Positions 23,154 through 36,959 of a stretch of DNA of 64,000 nt are shown here, in pieces. Both the position numbers and the translations under genes were made by a program. Below the pieces are notes generated by a model. The model did not search any database and was not told where the DNA came from. It saw only the letters and a list, made by a program, of their open reading frames with translations. The DNA comes from Selaginella moellendorffii (taxonomy: Eukaryota > Plantae > Lycopodiophyta). Within the stretch, counting starts at the first letter, position 1; the number at the start of each line of letters is the position of its first letter. The DNA lies in the NCBI RefSeq assembly GCF_000143415.4, contig NW_003314315.1, forward strand, positions 372,001 through 436,000. Reading direction: 5' to 3'.

Positions 23154-24600
23154 TTACTTCCACAATTCAAGGTCTTTGACCAAGGAATCGATGCCGGATC
23201 GAGAAGATCCTCCTTCTTCCATCCCCTGTCTAGCGAGTTCTCCAAGATCGCTGACTTTCTTTCCAAGCTCATCCCGCCTTTTAAACATGAGCTCCTCGAT
23301 TGCAGCCTCCAAATCGGCCTTGCTCACAACGTCAGTAATGGCGTTACCCAATCTTACCGAAATCCCCCACTCCTCGTCCAAGATCTTCCTCGTCAAGCAC
23401 TGATCGGCCATTCGCGGCATCGACATCACAGGGACGCCAACGGTGACGCTCTCCAAGATCGAATTCCATCCGCAATGCGTCAAGAAACCGCCCACGGCAC
23501 GATGCCCGAGGACCCCAACCTGGGGTGCCCAGTCGGTTAGCAGCCCGCGGTATACCGTGCCACCATTAACGTGCTCTAAGGCACCACCGGACTTGAGCGC
23601 GTACCGCGCGGTAGCGCCGAATTCCTTCGGCACTAGCTCGAGCTGCTGCGGGCGTACCACCCATAGAAAAGCGATGTTCTTCGTGGATTCCAAAGCCAGG
23701 GCTATCTGCTCGAATTGGGCTGCCGGGACTGGAGCAATAGTTCCAAACGCAATGTATAGAACCGATCGAGACTCCTGTTTGTCCAGCCATGGAATTACCT
23801 GGTTTGGATCGTCTGGATCGCTCCCAGTGGAGATGTTTAGATGGAGAGGACCCACTGGAACGATGTTGATTCCACATAGCTCAAGAGCTCTCACCGCATT
23901 GCCTTCCAGGGCGTGGGAGGAGTTTGCCAGTACGCGATCAGCTTGGGAGCTATACCCCACAGCTTCCACAAAGGTCTTGACAACAATGGCGGCGCTGAAT
24001 TTTGGATCTGTGGCATGGTGTAGCGTCATGTAGTCCAAGACCTTGAGGTCCACAAGCCCTGGAATCTTCACCACGGTTTCGAGATCTAGCAGTCCAAGTT
24101 TTCTAAGATCACCATTCCTGGAAGAAAGCGTTTGGAAATCACGTACCTTTGATCGCATTTTCGGAGATAAGCCTTGGTAAGTTAATATACACCGCAAGCT
24201 CGGTCATGGTGGACGTCCAAAACGCGACCCACGGCACGCCCAAGTCCCGGGCAACGTCTCCGCCCCAGCCCACGAGAACGTCGCTTATGACGCACGTCAC
24301 TCTGCGGTGCCGCCAGCGCGCCGCCACGGCACCGCCCAGCGCCTTAAACTTTGGGAAGAACTCGAGGAAGAGCTTCATGTTCCTCTCCGCTGGAGGCTCC
24401 AGCGGCAAATCCTCGTAGCGAACAAACTCCAAACTGTTCTCTCGCTGCCATCCTCCTGGGAGTTGGAGGATCGTGACGGAGATCCGGCCCCCTGTCAGAG
24501 AGTGGAGATGGCAACAGAGATGGAGGAGAGGGATCTCATGGCCTTTGAGTAAGAATGGCACTGCGAGAATGTGTATGTGATCCAAGCGCTCTTCCTCCAT
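23154..24600 (-). CDS. Family-1 UDP-glycosyltransferase, two exons (intron 24086-24146)
   Basis: N-terminal HILAVPF..GH; PSPG box WAPQVGVLGHRAVGGFLTHCGWNSILES..PRMADQ; a 61-nt GT-AG intron joins the two ORFs (AIK|DLETVVKIPG). Confidence 0.92.
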
Positions 24601-25149
24601 AGCTCCAACCTTCCAATTAAGACTTGAAAAGTTGGTTTTTTTACTTCTACCAGCGCAAACAATTCCTCTTGTCCTTTAATAGTGCTTCGTGTCACTTGTT
24701 GCTCGTTCGCTCACAATGTCCACAATGCTCTCATACGTGGCAGTAAATTATTTCTAACTGTCGTCTTCTTGCTCTTGATTCTTTTAATCACAAAGATGCT
24801 TCATGACAATTATGATTTGAAGTTCTACTTAGAGCTCTGACATTACCCTCACAAGTGTAAATAATTAACTATTTAGTTATATTTAACAATTGCTTATCTA
24901 GGTGAAGCAATTCTTGCCTCTGCTCGTGTAAATGGTCAGTGTCCTTTATTATGAGCTCATATTCTCTAGTTTGAACAAGTAACTTTGCAAACACAAGCTT
25001 TAAAAGTAGATAATACTCGCAAATGCATTCCCTGAGAACATCAAGATCATGGCCGTGAACTCAGACGAGATTAAGAAGCTTCCACTGGAGAGGTCGAGGC
25101 GGTTTCACTCAACTTACCTCTCAAGCTTAACTTTGCGACGTTTTGATGT

Positions 25150-25644
25150 CCTCGACAGCCATGTTCCACATGTCTGTCCATGTCGAGACGCTCCTGGAGA
25201 AAAAGTTCCTTCTGCTCTCCAGGAACGATCGATCCCGGGAAGATTTAAAGTGCTGGACAGGCGCTTCCCCCCGAGGACCCTCTAGATCCAGTGGGCTTTA
25301 ACTCGATGAGAAAGATCATGGACTATGGGTGCTTTGAGGGAGAAGGTATTTGGCAAGCTTGTCAACGTTGGACCTTTGCTCGTCAAGCCAGGATCAAGCA
25401 TGGAAGATCACGTCCAGAGGCATTGCTGGAGGCAAGCCAGCAGAGCTCTCCCAGCGAAAGCTCGGGGTTTCCTCGAGGGCTTGCGGGGGAGGATGGGAAC
25501 CGGCGGTTGATCGTGCCATGGAGCTCCCATATTGTGGGACTGTGGACGCCCGAGACCTTGAGCTCATCATGGGACTGCCATGTCATGAATGGCGTGCGAG
25601 AGCTCTTGCAGAGCAATCCATGCGATACTCAGGCTTGGAGCTAG
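25150..25644 (+). pseudogene. Probable UGT remnant
   Basis: Fragments KLVNVGPLL, GFLEGLRGR and RLIVPW in shifting frames resemble the UGT region before the PSPG box. Confidence 0.35.
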
Positions 25645-25696
25645 GCGAGGATTGAATCCTTGCCAGCCATAAAGAACCCTAATTTTTATTTGTTGA

Positions 25697-28261
25697 CTAT
25701 GGCGCGGTGACTTGCGTTGGATCCAAGTGAAGTGTGCACGCATTGAGCAAGCTCGTCCAATGCTCGACACTGGGCTCCGAGGGCATGGAATTCATGAGCA
25801 CCTCGGCATCGCGCAGATGCCCACACCGCCCTAGCAGATCCACCACGCAGCCGTAGTGCTCCGGGATTGGATCCACGCCGTGATCGCCTTGCATCGAGGT
25901 AAAGATCTCCATGGCCCTCCTCGCCAGTCCGCCATGGCTGCACGAGAACAAGAGGCTGACGAAGGTCACTGTGTCTTGCTCGATCCCCTCCAGTCCCATC
26001 TCACGATGGAGGCAAAGAGCTCTCTGGATCTCGCCACACTCTGCGTAAGCTGCGATCATGCTGCTCCACGCCACTGGGTTTCGCCGATCGAGCGAGCGGT
26101 CGAAGGCTGTTCTTGCGGATTCCGCAGCCCCACACTTGGCGTAGAGATTGATCGCGAGGGTGTCCAGTCTGGCCGATTGGATCCCGCTCTCGAGGAACCA
26201 CGAATGCACAGCCTCTCCCCGGTGTGGGCACTTCATCTCTCGGCAAGCGGTCAACGCAACCGCGAAGGCCATCTCGTCGGGAACGGTGCCGTCGTGGAGC
26301 ATCGCGTGGAAGAAGTGGAGAGCCAGGCGTGGATCGCCGCTGGAATTGGCCGCGGTCATCATCGCCACCCACGGCCACACGGATCGCTCTTCCAATCGCT
26401 GGAAGAGATCTCTTGCGCGGTCCAGGCCGCGGCCGAGCTTCGTGTGGAAGCTCATGAGCGCGGTGGTGACGACGGGCACGAGCTCTAGTCCGGCCTCTCG
26501 GATGTGTCCCTGGATTCGATCGAAGTGTTCTTGGATCGATGATCTTCCATCCTCGATGCGATTGAGCTCCTTCTCACATGCCGCGATCAGTGAGAGGAAG
26601 GAGACGTGATTGGGCCGGATGCCCTCGAGGAGCATTCTTCCGTAGATCACGCACGATTCGGCCATGGTTTCTTGCGAGCTGATCATCGCTGACCACGTCA
26701 CGACGCTTGATTCTTCCTCCTCCTTGGCTTGATCGTCGAGCAAGTCCCTGGCGACATGGAGCAAGCCACAGGCAGCGTACATCCCCGCCAGCGCATTGCT
26801 CACTGCCACATCGCTGGAGATTCGCGAGGGCGAGGCGAGGATCCGTGCGTGGATCGATCGCCCCTGGTCGATGTTTTGGGTCGCTGCGCAAGCGCCCAGG
26901 ATCCCCACGAAGGTGATCTCGTCGCCCTTGACGCCCTCGAGATCCATTCGGCGGTGGAGCTCCAACGCTTCCTTGGACTCGCCCCAGTCCAGGCAAGCAG
27001 AGATTATTGTGTTCCAGGAGACTAGATTCTTTGCCGGCATGCTCGTCGAGAAGAAGGATCGCGCGTCCTCCACGCCGGTCTTGCCGTAGAGATTGAGCAG
27101 CGCGTTGAGGAGCGCGTCGTGGATCTCCACCCCGCTGACCAGGATTCGCGAGTGGATTGATCGCGCTGCCTCCACATCATCGCCCAGGCGCGCGAGAGAT
27201 TGGACGAGGGTAACGAATGTGACGCTGCTGGGCTTGATCCCCTGGTGTTCCATCTTCCGGAAGAGCTCCAACACAACCTTGAAATCCCCATTCCGGGCAT
27301 TTGCCGCAAGGATGATGTTCCAAGACACCACGTCTCTCACAGGCATCGCCTCAAGAACACAGACCGATTCTTCGACTAGATCACACTTGGTGTACATTGT
27401 AAGGATGGAATTCGCGACGAAGATGTCGGCATCCAGCCCGATCTGCGAGGATTCTTTGTGGACGAGTTTGCCCACTGTGCTGTTCTTTAGCGCCGAGCAC
27501 GCGCGCAGGACATGGATCACGGTCGTTTCGTTTGGGCGGGCATCCATTCGCCGGTAGAGCTCCAAAATCTCTTCGTGGAGATCCCTCTCCGCGTAGGCGA
27601 TCATCATCGCGTTCCAGCACGACACGGATTTGGGAGCGATTCGATCGAAGGCGTCCCTGGCAGCGGCAAGATCGCCACACATGCTATAGGATTTGATGAA
27701 TCCGGGCTCCGATCCATAGCCCATGCCGGTGAGCTGCGCGTGGATAGATCGGCACACGGGCAGCGCGACCGGATCCGAGCAGGCGCTCAGGATCGTGAGG
27801 TGGGTCACTCGATCGGGCCTGACGCCCTCGAGCTGCATGGATTGGAAGAGGTGGAACGCACGGGACAAATGCCCCTTGCGGGCACTTGCTGCGATCAGGA
27901 GAGTCCACGACACCGCATTCTTGTGGGCGAGCATTTGGCCAAACACAGTGGTGGCATCGTCCAGGCTGCCGCATCGGCAGTAAGCCTCGATGAGGAGATT
28001 GCTGATAAACAGGTGGGAGCGGTGATCTCTGGCAATGGTGGCGTGGATCTTCTTGCAGAGCGGAAGGGATTGGGTAGCGGCACAGTCGCGGATGATCGAG
28101 GCCAACAAACGTTCTTGTTCTTCGTCGGGATCATTGTTGGGATCTTTGTCTTGGGTCTTGGTCTGGTCGAAGAGGTGTGTTGCGAGATTATCAAGGCGAT
28201 CGATCTCCGCGGCTGAGCTGGGCACGAATCTCTGGCAGCATTTCCTTGTGCCGTGGATCAT
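25697..28261 (-). CDS. PLS-class PPR protein with a truncated E domain
   Basis: 854-aa ORF with PLS repeats; TFVSLLFSCSHGGL, HYGCVVDLLGRCGHL, WTSLLNACTLH, then a stop. Confidence 0.9.
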   Translation of the reverse strand: MIHGTRKCCQRFVPSSAAEIDRLDNLATHLFDQTKTQDKDPNNDPDEEQERLLASIIRDCAATQSLPLCKKIHATIARDHRSHLFISNLLIEAYCRCGSLDDATTVFGQMLAHKNAVSWTLLIAASARKGHLSRAFHLFQSMQLEGVRPDRVTHLTILSACSDPVALPVCRSIHAQLTGMGYGSEPGFIKSYSMCGDLAAARDAFDRIAPKSVSCWNAMMIAYAERDLHEEILELYRRMDARPNETTVIHVLRACSALKNSTVGKLVHKESSQIGLDADIFVANSILTMYTKCDLVEESVCVLEAMPVRDVVSWNIILAANARNGDFKVVLELFRKMEHQGIKPSSVTFVTLVQSLARLGDDVEAARSIHSRILVSGVEIHDALLNALLNLYGKTGVEDARSFFSTSMPAKNLVSWNTIISACLDWGESKEALELHRRMDLEGVKGDEITFVGILGACAATQNIDQGRSIHARILASPSRISSDVAVSNALAGMYAACGLLHVARDLLDDQAKEEEESSVVTWSAMISSQETMAESCVIYGRMLLEGIRPNHVSFLSLIAACEKELNRIEDGRSSIQEHFDRIQGHIREAGLELVPVVTTALMSFHTKLGRGLDRARDLFQRLEERSVWPWVAMMTAANSSGDPRLALHFFHAMLHDGTVPDEMAFAVALTACREMKCPHRGEAVHSWFLESGIQSARLDTLAINLYAKCGAAESARTAFDRSLDRRNPVAWSSMIAAYAECGEIQRALCLHREMGLEGIEQDTVTFVSLLFSCSHGGLARRAMEIFTSMQGDHGVDPIPEHYGCVVDLLGRCGHLRDAEVLMNSMPSEPSVEHWTSLLNACTLHLDPTQVTAP

Positions 28262-28418
28262 AAGAACATTCTAGTTCGATGGAGTGAGATGCGTGAGCCA
28301 ATCAATCAAGATTTCCTGAGACTCTTTTTGTTGGTACTCTCCTCAATCACAGGCACAAGATGGTAACCATGGTGGCGAGCGTTAGCAACAAGAACGCCGC
28401 GTAAACCATCCGGATGAG

Positions 28419-28477
28419 GTGGGACGGTACTACCACTACAGCAGCTGCGCTTCACCATGGAAAAACCTTCATTACAC
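28419..28477 (-). pseudogene. Decayed 5' half of tRNA-Gly plus its upstream flank
   Basis: GTGGGACGGTAC..TACCACTACAGCAGCTGCGCTTCACCATGGAAAAACCTTCATTACAC aligns to 41139-41202 with a small deletion; no T-arm. Confidence 0.7.
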
Positions 28478-28931
28478 GAGGCAGTGACAAAAATTTCTCT
28501 AACTTAAGTCGTCACAAAACTTTTGGTCTTATGAGCTCGATGCCTTCAAAGACAAGTTATATTTGCTGTGTTGAATCAACATTATTAAACTTGTTGCCAC
28601 AGGCCGTTGGCCCATCCATTATTCTGGTCGATGAACTCAGCTTTGCTTCTGGCAAGTTCTGGAAGCCTGAACATAACCAACATCAAGGTGGTGTGCTTGA
28701 AGAGCATGAAGAGCAACTTGACGTCTTTCTTTCCGCATGGTCAGCTGATCTCATTCGGGTGGCAAGTACCAGAAATTTGAGGCAGAAAACTTGTCAAAAA
28801 ACAGATAATTGCTGCAGGTGAATTCTCGAACTCTAGCCAAATACGTCTATGTGTTCAACCAAAGCTGTAGCAGGTCGCCACAAAATTGAGATAAGAACTT
28901 CGTCAAATCTTGCACACAATTTTGGAGGTCT

Positions 28932-30086
28932 TCACGCTTGAACCTCATTCGCAGGAATGTCGACTTCTGCATGAAGAACTTTCCTCTTTTCCATCCAAAG
29001 CATCACTGCTGTGAAACTGAGGTTCTCTCCCTCTCTAGGCTGATCGTGAGCCTGGAGCAGCAAAGATACGCACAGCTGAGCTTTCATAACTTTCCAGTCC
29101 CCATCACCAATGCATCCGCATTGCCTAACCAAAGCGGTATTCACCTTATATCCATTTTCATAGTGGATCAAACTAAATTGTCCCAGTTCAACTGCCAGCT
29201 TTTCTCTCAGCTTCTTAACATCGTCACTGCTCGGTTCGAACATGCTCTTATGGTACAGCCTAATGAGGATAAGAAGATTACGAAGATCTCGTACAATCTG
29301 ATAGTTGCCATCTACCTCCTCAACCGATGCAAAAGCCATGCCACATAGAGCCATATCGAAAGCTCCCCGACTATAATGATTTACATTGTATCCGATCTTC
29401 ATCTTAAACTCGTTGAGTTGCAGTGCAGCATCCATAGTTTCAATACATACGGTACACTGCTTTCTACTATTTAATGCTGCTTCAGCTTCTATAATGGTCC
29501 TTGTAACCTTGTGTATGTCTGGTGCAGAAAGCTGAACAGCAACATAAGCTAGACTTGGTGCTATTTTGTCTGACCAAGTATCCTTGACCATTTTGGACCA
29601 TTTGTCCTGTATGCTACCCATGATCAGCTTCAATGGGACCGCAAAGCATACGAGGCAAGCACGAGTTGTAGCATGCGCCAGTCCAAAGAATATCACATAG
29701 CACATCAACTCATAGCCTTCCAGAATTCTTAGCCAGTATTGGACCAAGTGTTTGTGGTTATGCACCTCCTCCAAGGGCGTTCCTTCCATTAGAACGTGAA
29801 AGAACTGTAGCAAGTCATGGAACCACTCCCACTGGAAAATCTTTCTTGCCATTGTTTTCATGTCATCTTTATTGGTGACAAGCTCGACTGCGATGTCTAT
29901 ACGAGCGAGGAACCCTGGAGAGCACTGCATACTAAGATACAGCAATATGATAATGGAGCACACTAGAGTCTCCGGTCCAGCTGGATGATTGATTAGAAGA
30001 TTGATGATCGTATAGTACGCTAAAAATATCAGCAAACCCGTACCTTCTACCCAGAGAAAAGTATACTGACTATCGAAGTGTTTCAT
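28932..30086 (-). CDS. Hypothetical membrane-associated protein (ORF B), possibly the 3' part of one frameshifted gene
   Basis: 384-aa stop-free ORF in low-GC DNA, where long ORFs are unlikely by chance; N-terminal hydrophobic segments. Confidence 0.5.
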   Translation of the reverse strand: MKHFDSQYTFLWVEGTGLLIFLAYYTIINLLINHPAGPETLVCSIIILLYLSMQCSPGFLARIDIAVELVTNKDDMKTMARKIFQWEWFHDLLQFFHVLMEGTPLEEVHNHKHLVQYWLRILEGYELMCYVIFFGLAHATTRACLVCFAVPLKLIMGSIQDKWSKMVKDTWSDKIAPSLAYVAVQLSAPDIHKVTRTIIEAEAALNSRKQCTVCIETMDAALQLNEFKMKIGYNVNHYSRGAFDMALCGMAFASVEEVDGNYQIVRDLRNLLILIRLYHKSMFEPSSDDVKKLREKLAVELGQFSLIHYENGYKVNTALVRQCGCIGDGDWKVMKAQLCVSLLLQAHDQPREGENLSFTAVMLWMEKRKVLHAEVDIPANEVQA

Positions 30087-30775
30087 GTGCTGGAAACCCC
30101 AAGAGCCTGACTCTGTAAGTTGCTTCCGAATAACATCTTGTCGACCACCTGGAACATATGTTCAGCTTGTTCATGGTCTGCTCGCTGTGGTTTTTCCTTG
30201 TTTCTCCATATCCTGAACACTTCATTGCTCCTAGCTATACTTACAAATACTGCAGATGGTAGAAGGATCCATAAGTCAAGTAAGAGATGACATCGAGGCA
30301 GCCACATGTACATGAGATACTCCCAAAACCGAGAACGGAGACGTAGCATTTGTGACTTGGTTTCGTTCTTGCATCCACAAAAACGGATTGTAAGAGCCGC
30401 TAAGTAGCTGAGTAGGACAAGCTGTTGTCGGCTCTGTTCGCGTTTGAGACCACTTAAGGCAAGGAGCCCTGCTGCCTCAGTCAAACCCGTAGCAGTGAGG
30501 AGGTATCTCCTTGCAAAATTTTGAACAAGTAGACCGGGACCTAAAGAGAAGACTCCCAACTGCAGATTGAAGTACCTTGCTAGCATTGTGCATATCAATG
30601 TCGTGCATCCCGCGACTATAAACTTATCCCCAAAACTCCCACTAAAACTCTGTTGTATGTTGAAGAAGATGAAAGATATGTCATAGACTTTATCTCCCAG
30701 GATGATCAATCCAATGATAAGTAGCAGCACGACCACTGAGAAAATGCGGCCTAAGAGCTTAGCCAACCAATGCAT
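30083..30775 (-). CDS. Hypothetical multi-TM protein (ORF A)
   Basis: 230-aa ORF with a strongly hydrophobic N-terminus; its stop overlaps the ORF B start (ATGA). Confidence 0.45.
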   Translation of the reverse strand: MHWLAKLLGRIFSVVVLLLIIGLIILGDKVYDISFIFFNIQQSFSGSFGDKFIVAGCTTLICTMLARYFNLQLGVFSLGPGLLVQNFARRYLLTATGLTEAAGLLALSGLKREQSRQQLVLLSYLAALTIRFCGCKNETKSQMLRLRSRFWEYLMYMWLPRCHLLLDLWILLPSAVFVSIARSNEVFRIWRNKEKPQRADHEQAEHMFQVVDKMLFGSNLQSQALGVSST

Positions 30776-30989
30776 TTTGCGTAAAGCTAGATCCAGTAAG
30801 CACTGGGATGGAAATTATGAAAAATGCAGGGTTAGACCTCAATTCATCCTCATTGTGAAGAGCCAATTCGCCGGAGTGAGTGGACAGATACAGGAGAGGC
30901 TACAATCGTTCTGCTGGAGAAAGCCAAATCGCCCCTCTCCATCATACGATATGATACAATTACCATCTACTATATAGTATACAATTTTA

Positions 30990-31700
30990 ATTGTATCTCC
31001 AGCACGATCTCGTCCTTAGCCATTTTTGCACGGCATCTGGAATAGAGGTCAACCTCTCCAAAACGAAGCTTAAGGTATTTGGACACTGCCTGTTTACCCT
31101 TGGACCCTTACAAATACCTGGGCTTAGAATTAACCCCTGGAAAGCGGGTTGCACATCGAAGCAGCTCGCAGGGCATACCATTCTTTTCAATCCGATTGCC
31201 ATGCCGCACAAATAACCATTGGAGTGTGAAGAGGTATTTCTTCCTCACAAAAGTATAGCACAACGCTAGTGACACAGCTCCGGGCATGAATGAGTGGCAT
31301 TGAGTAAGAGTTGACCAGTTTATTCGGACTAAATTGCACTCTGCCGACGTTTCCTACCCATCATCCTGCTTGACTCTGGATTATAGCCATTAGAACTTCT
31401 TGCATGGAAGTACGTCATTGTATACATAAAAAACGAAACGCCACCTCTCTAAAAAACACACCATGCCGGCTATAGACGATTCTATCAGCTTAATGTATGA
31501 ACGATTGGTGGCTGGACGTAAAAAACTGGACAATGCGCCTGGGCAATCTCAGACAATTGACAATCCTCTCCACGAGTACATGGCACAAGCACTCCAAAAA
31601 TGGCTTCAAGACAAGACAGTTAGAGCAGTGAAATATGAGATTTATCACTGACTGTGATGATCTTATAGGGAGAGATCCACTTATCGAGTACCACCATGCT
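30990..31700 (+). mobile_element. LINE reverse-transcriptase fragment
   Basis: FCTASGIEVNLSKTKLKVFG followed by frameshifted KYLGL, the typical non-LTR RT NxxKT...KYLG region. Confidence 0.6.
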
Positions 31701-31713
31701 CCGCAATCCCAAA

Positions 31714-32338
31714 ACATACCGGTCCACAATGTGATCTCAACCACCGCGATACAGACGGCATATGGTCGAGCCGGAGAGCCGAGATGGGATGCCCGAGCGA
31801 AATCTAGTTTCGTAGAGCTCCACGGTGACAGCCTATGAATCAAGCTTTGCGGTGGAGGCGGCCAAGCAGATCTTCGATGAGATGCCGCAGCACAGTCTCG
31901 AGAGCTCCAACGCACTGCTCGATGCGTACGCAGGAGTGCTCGAGATTCTTTGTGGGATTGCATCCTCTCGTGGACGTCCATCCTCTTGCTCACGCTCATG
32001 CAAAGCGACAACTTTTATCTATCACACTTTAAAATCTTTCAGACGCATGCCAAATCGTGTGGATGATCGTGGCGCTCGCTTGCACTGGGAGCTTCGATCG
32101 AGCCCTGGCTACGTTTGACGCTATCAGGATGGAGATTCTCCCAGACGAGGCTTGCTTCATTGCGTTTACAGCCATGCAGGAAAGATGGAAGCTGGCCGAG
32201 CTTTCTTTCGATCAATGCGGCAAGACTTTGGTGTGACCAAGATCACCAAGCAACAGTACAGTTGCATGCTGGATCTCCTGGGACGATCTGGAACCCTGAG
32301 CTACGCCGAAGATCTCATTGCCATTTGATCCCCACATT
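31714..32338 (+). pseudogene. Decayed C-terminal half of the PPR gene at 39582-41042
   Basis: IPVHNVISTTAIQTAYGRAGE, SSFAVEAAKQIFDEMPQHSLESSNALL and later pieces match the intact gene, with many deletions. Confidence 0.8.
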
Positions 32339-32391
32339 GGAAGAACTGGACCATGCTGGACAATCTTTAGGGTTTAAAGGATTAGGGTTAG

Positions 32392-34929
<2,538 letters not shown>

Positions 34930-35449
34930 ATAAATGTCTAGCGATTGTGCCAGCATCTTTGTTTCCACTCTTGGCCTTTGTAAGGTTCACAACAGCTCTT
35001 TTCAATGGTCTTACAATGAACTTTATTCCGTTAAACATCCAGAAATCTCCGTTTTCCGCACATGGCATAAAATATGTGTTACCTTCGTTCTACTGAAATG
35101 ATATGGTGTTAAATGCATGCAAGGAGTGATGTTAATGTCGGAACCTTCGTTCCACTGATTGATACGGTGCTAAACAAAAGTGACAAGGAAAAGATCAACT
35201 TAATGGGACAAGAAAGACTGTTTACGGATCGTTTACTTTAGGACCGCGTAGGCTGTTCATAAAACATGGTAGAAATGAAAAACGTGAAAGATCTCTGTTG
35301 GATCAGCGGCTCAACTCTCACTGGTATAAAACCATCTTCTCTCCCTCTATCATTCACTCATTAGAAGAGAAAGCAGCATTACTACAGAAACTCTCTCCCT
35401 CTCTAAGATCGATCGGCTCCATCACCAAAAACTTTTGCAAATTTGATCT

Positions 35450-36496
35450 ATGGCAGCCATGTTGTTCTTGTTCATGATCATGGTGGCAGCCGCAGCGCTA
35501 TGGAAGATGGTGTGTATCCGCAAAAGAGAAGAGAGGGCACGATTTCTAGCGTCGCTCCACCCCGTGAGAGACGCCCGCAAGATCTTGTGGTACATGTACT
35601 CCGTGGAATTCCCCTTCCTGTCGCAAAAGGCGCTCGAGTTTGGCACCATCCGCACGCTCGGCATCCCCGGGATCACAAATCTGCTCTTCAAGACCAAGTA
35701 CGGCCTCAAGGATCCCCAGAAGCGCGCCGCCGAGACCAACATTCTGGTGAGCGAGATGATCCACCACCACGTCGACAGCGATCGCGGCTCGTACGCAGTG
35801 AGGAGATTGAATGGAATCCACAGCAAGTTCAAGATCCCAAACGACCAATTCGCATACGTCCTCTCCCTCAACGTGATCAGCCCCATTGATTTCTCCGAGA
35901 GGTTTGGATTCCGCAAGTGGACCGACAACGAGAAGCAGGCCGCCTATGTTGTGTGGCACGACGTGGGCGTGAGGATGGGCATCACAAACATCCCGGACAG
36001 CATCCCTGAGATGCGACAATACATTCGCGACTACGAGGCCAAGAACGCCATCTTCACGGACAAGAACAAGAGCATCATCCAGGATCTCAAGCATCTGGTG
36101 CTGGACGCGTTTCCTCGCCCCTTGCAGCCCCTGGTGGAGACTGGGATCTGCGCACTCATCGATCCCACAATTAGGAGCGCAGTAGGATTGGAAAAGCCGC
36201 CCGTGATTGTGGAGTGGATCATCTTGGGTGCATTCAAGCTCCTGGCTGGGAGCTGCGTGTCCGTGTTTATGCCTCCCAGACGTGTAGGAGATGCCAAGGG
36301 CAGCATTGAGGTGGACTGGTGTCCCAATCCCGCTGCCAATCCGGAAGAGTACCGGCAGCTCAACGTGAATGTGTATCGGCCACCGGCATTTGAGAAAGGA
36401 TACAAGTTGGCGGAGCTGGGAGCGCTGAAATCGGGCAAGCTTGGACCATACTACGATGGAGGATTGCGCTGCCCCTTCCAGCAAATGCATGCATAA
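35450..36496 (+). CDS. MpaB'/rubber-oxygenase catalytic-domain (DUF2236-type) heme oxygenase-like protein with an N-terminal membrane anchor
   Basis: EFPFLSQKALEFGTIRTLGIPGI, KRAAET, AVRRLNGIHSKFKIPNDQFAYVLS, FGFRKWT..EK.A..VWHDVGVRMGI; C-terminal CPF; intronless. Confidence 0.8.
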   Translation: MAAMLFLFMIMVAAAALWKMVCIRKREERARFLASLHPVRDARKILWYMYSVEFPFLSQKALEFGTIRTLGIPGITNLLFKTKYGLKDPQKRAAETNILVSEMIHHHVDSDRGSYAVRRLNGIHSKFKIPNDQFAYVLSLNVISPIDFSERFGFRKWTDNEKQAAYVVWHDVGVRMGITNIPDSIPEMRQYIRDYEAKNAIFTDKNKSIIQDLKHLVLDAFPRPLQPLVETGICALIDPTIRSAVGLEKPPVIVEWIILGAFKLLAGSCVSVFMPPRRVGDAKGSIEVDWCPNPAANPEEYRQLNVNVYRPPAFEKGYKLAELGALKSGKLGPYYDGGLRCPFQQMHA

Positions 36497-36831
36497 TACA
36501 ATCGTCACTACAAGACTAATAAACTTCCGCCAACCTCAACGTCTCACTCCCACAAATAGTGCTTGTTTCGTGTTTTTGTAAACTGGGCTTAAACATTACT
36601 GAATAAACAATTTCTTCAGCTATGACAGGTGGACATCCTCACCTCTATACTACAACGTTAGTAATATTTTGGAATTAAGATATATCTCTGTAATCAAAGA
36701 AAGTCCTGTGTCACGAGATTATCAAATAACGGCATTTCCTTGTGCCGTGGATCATAAGACCATTTTATCTACTTTGATTGTCATCACCACATAAAATAGA
36801 GATGGTGTAATGGAGTTGTTTGTATCGTGAA

Positions 36832-36902
36832 GCGCAGCTGGTGTAGTGGTATCATAGTACCCTCCCACGGTACTGACCGGGGTTCGATTCCCCGGCTGCG
36901 CA
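36832..36902 (+). tRNA. tRNA-Gly(CCC), copy 2
   Basis: Identical to 1390-1460. Confidence 0.95.
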
Positions 36903-36959
36903 GTTCCTTTCTTAGTTTTGCAATTTTTCTTGCACGATTAGATGGTGTGAAGGGAGTAG

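Noticed and set aside
24086-24197. Apparent frameshift in the UGT
   Set aside because: Resolved by a canonical 61-nt GT-AG intron
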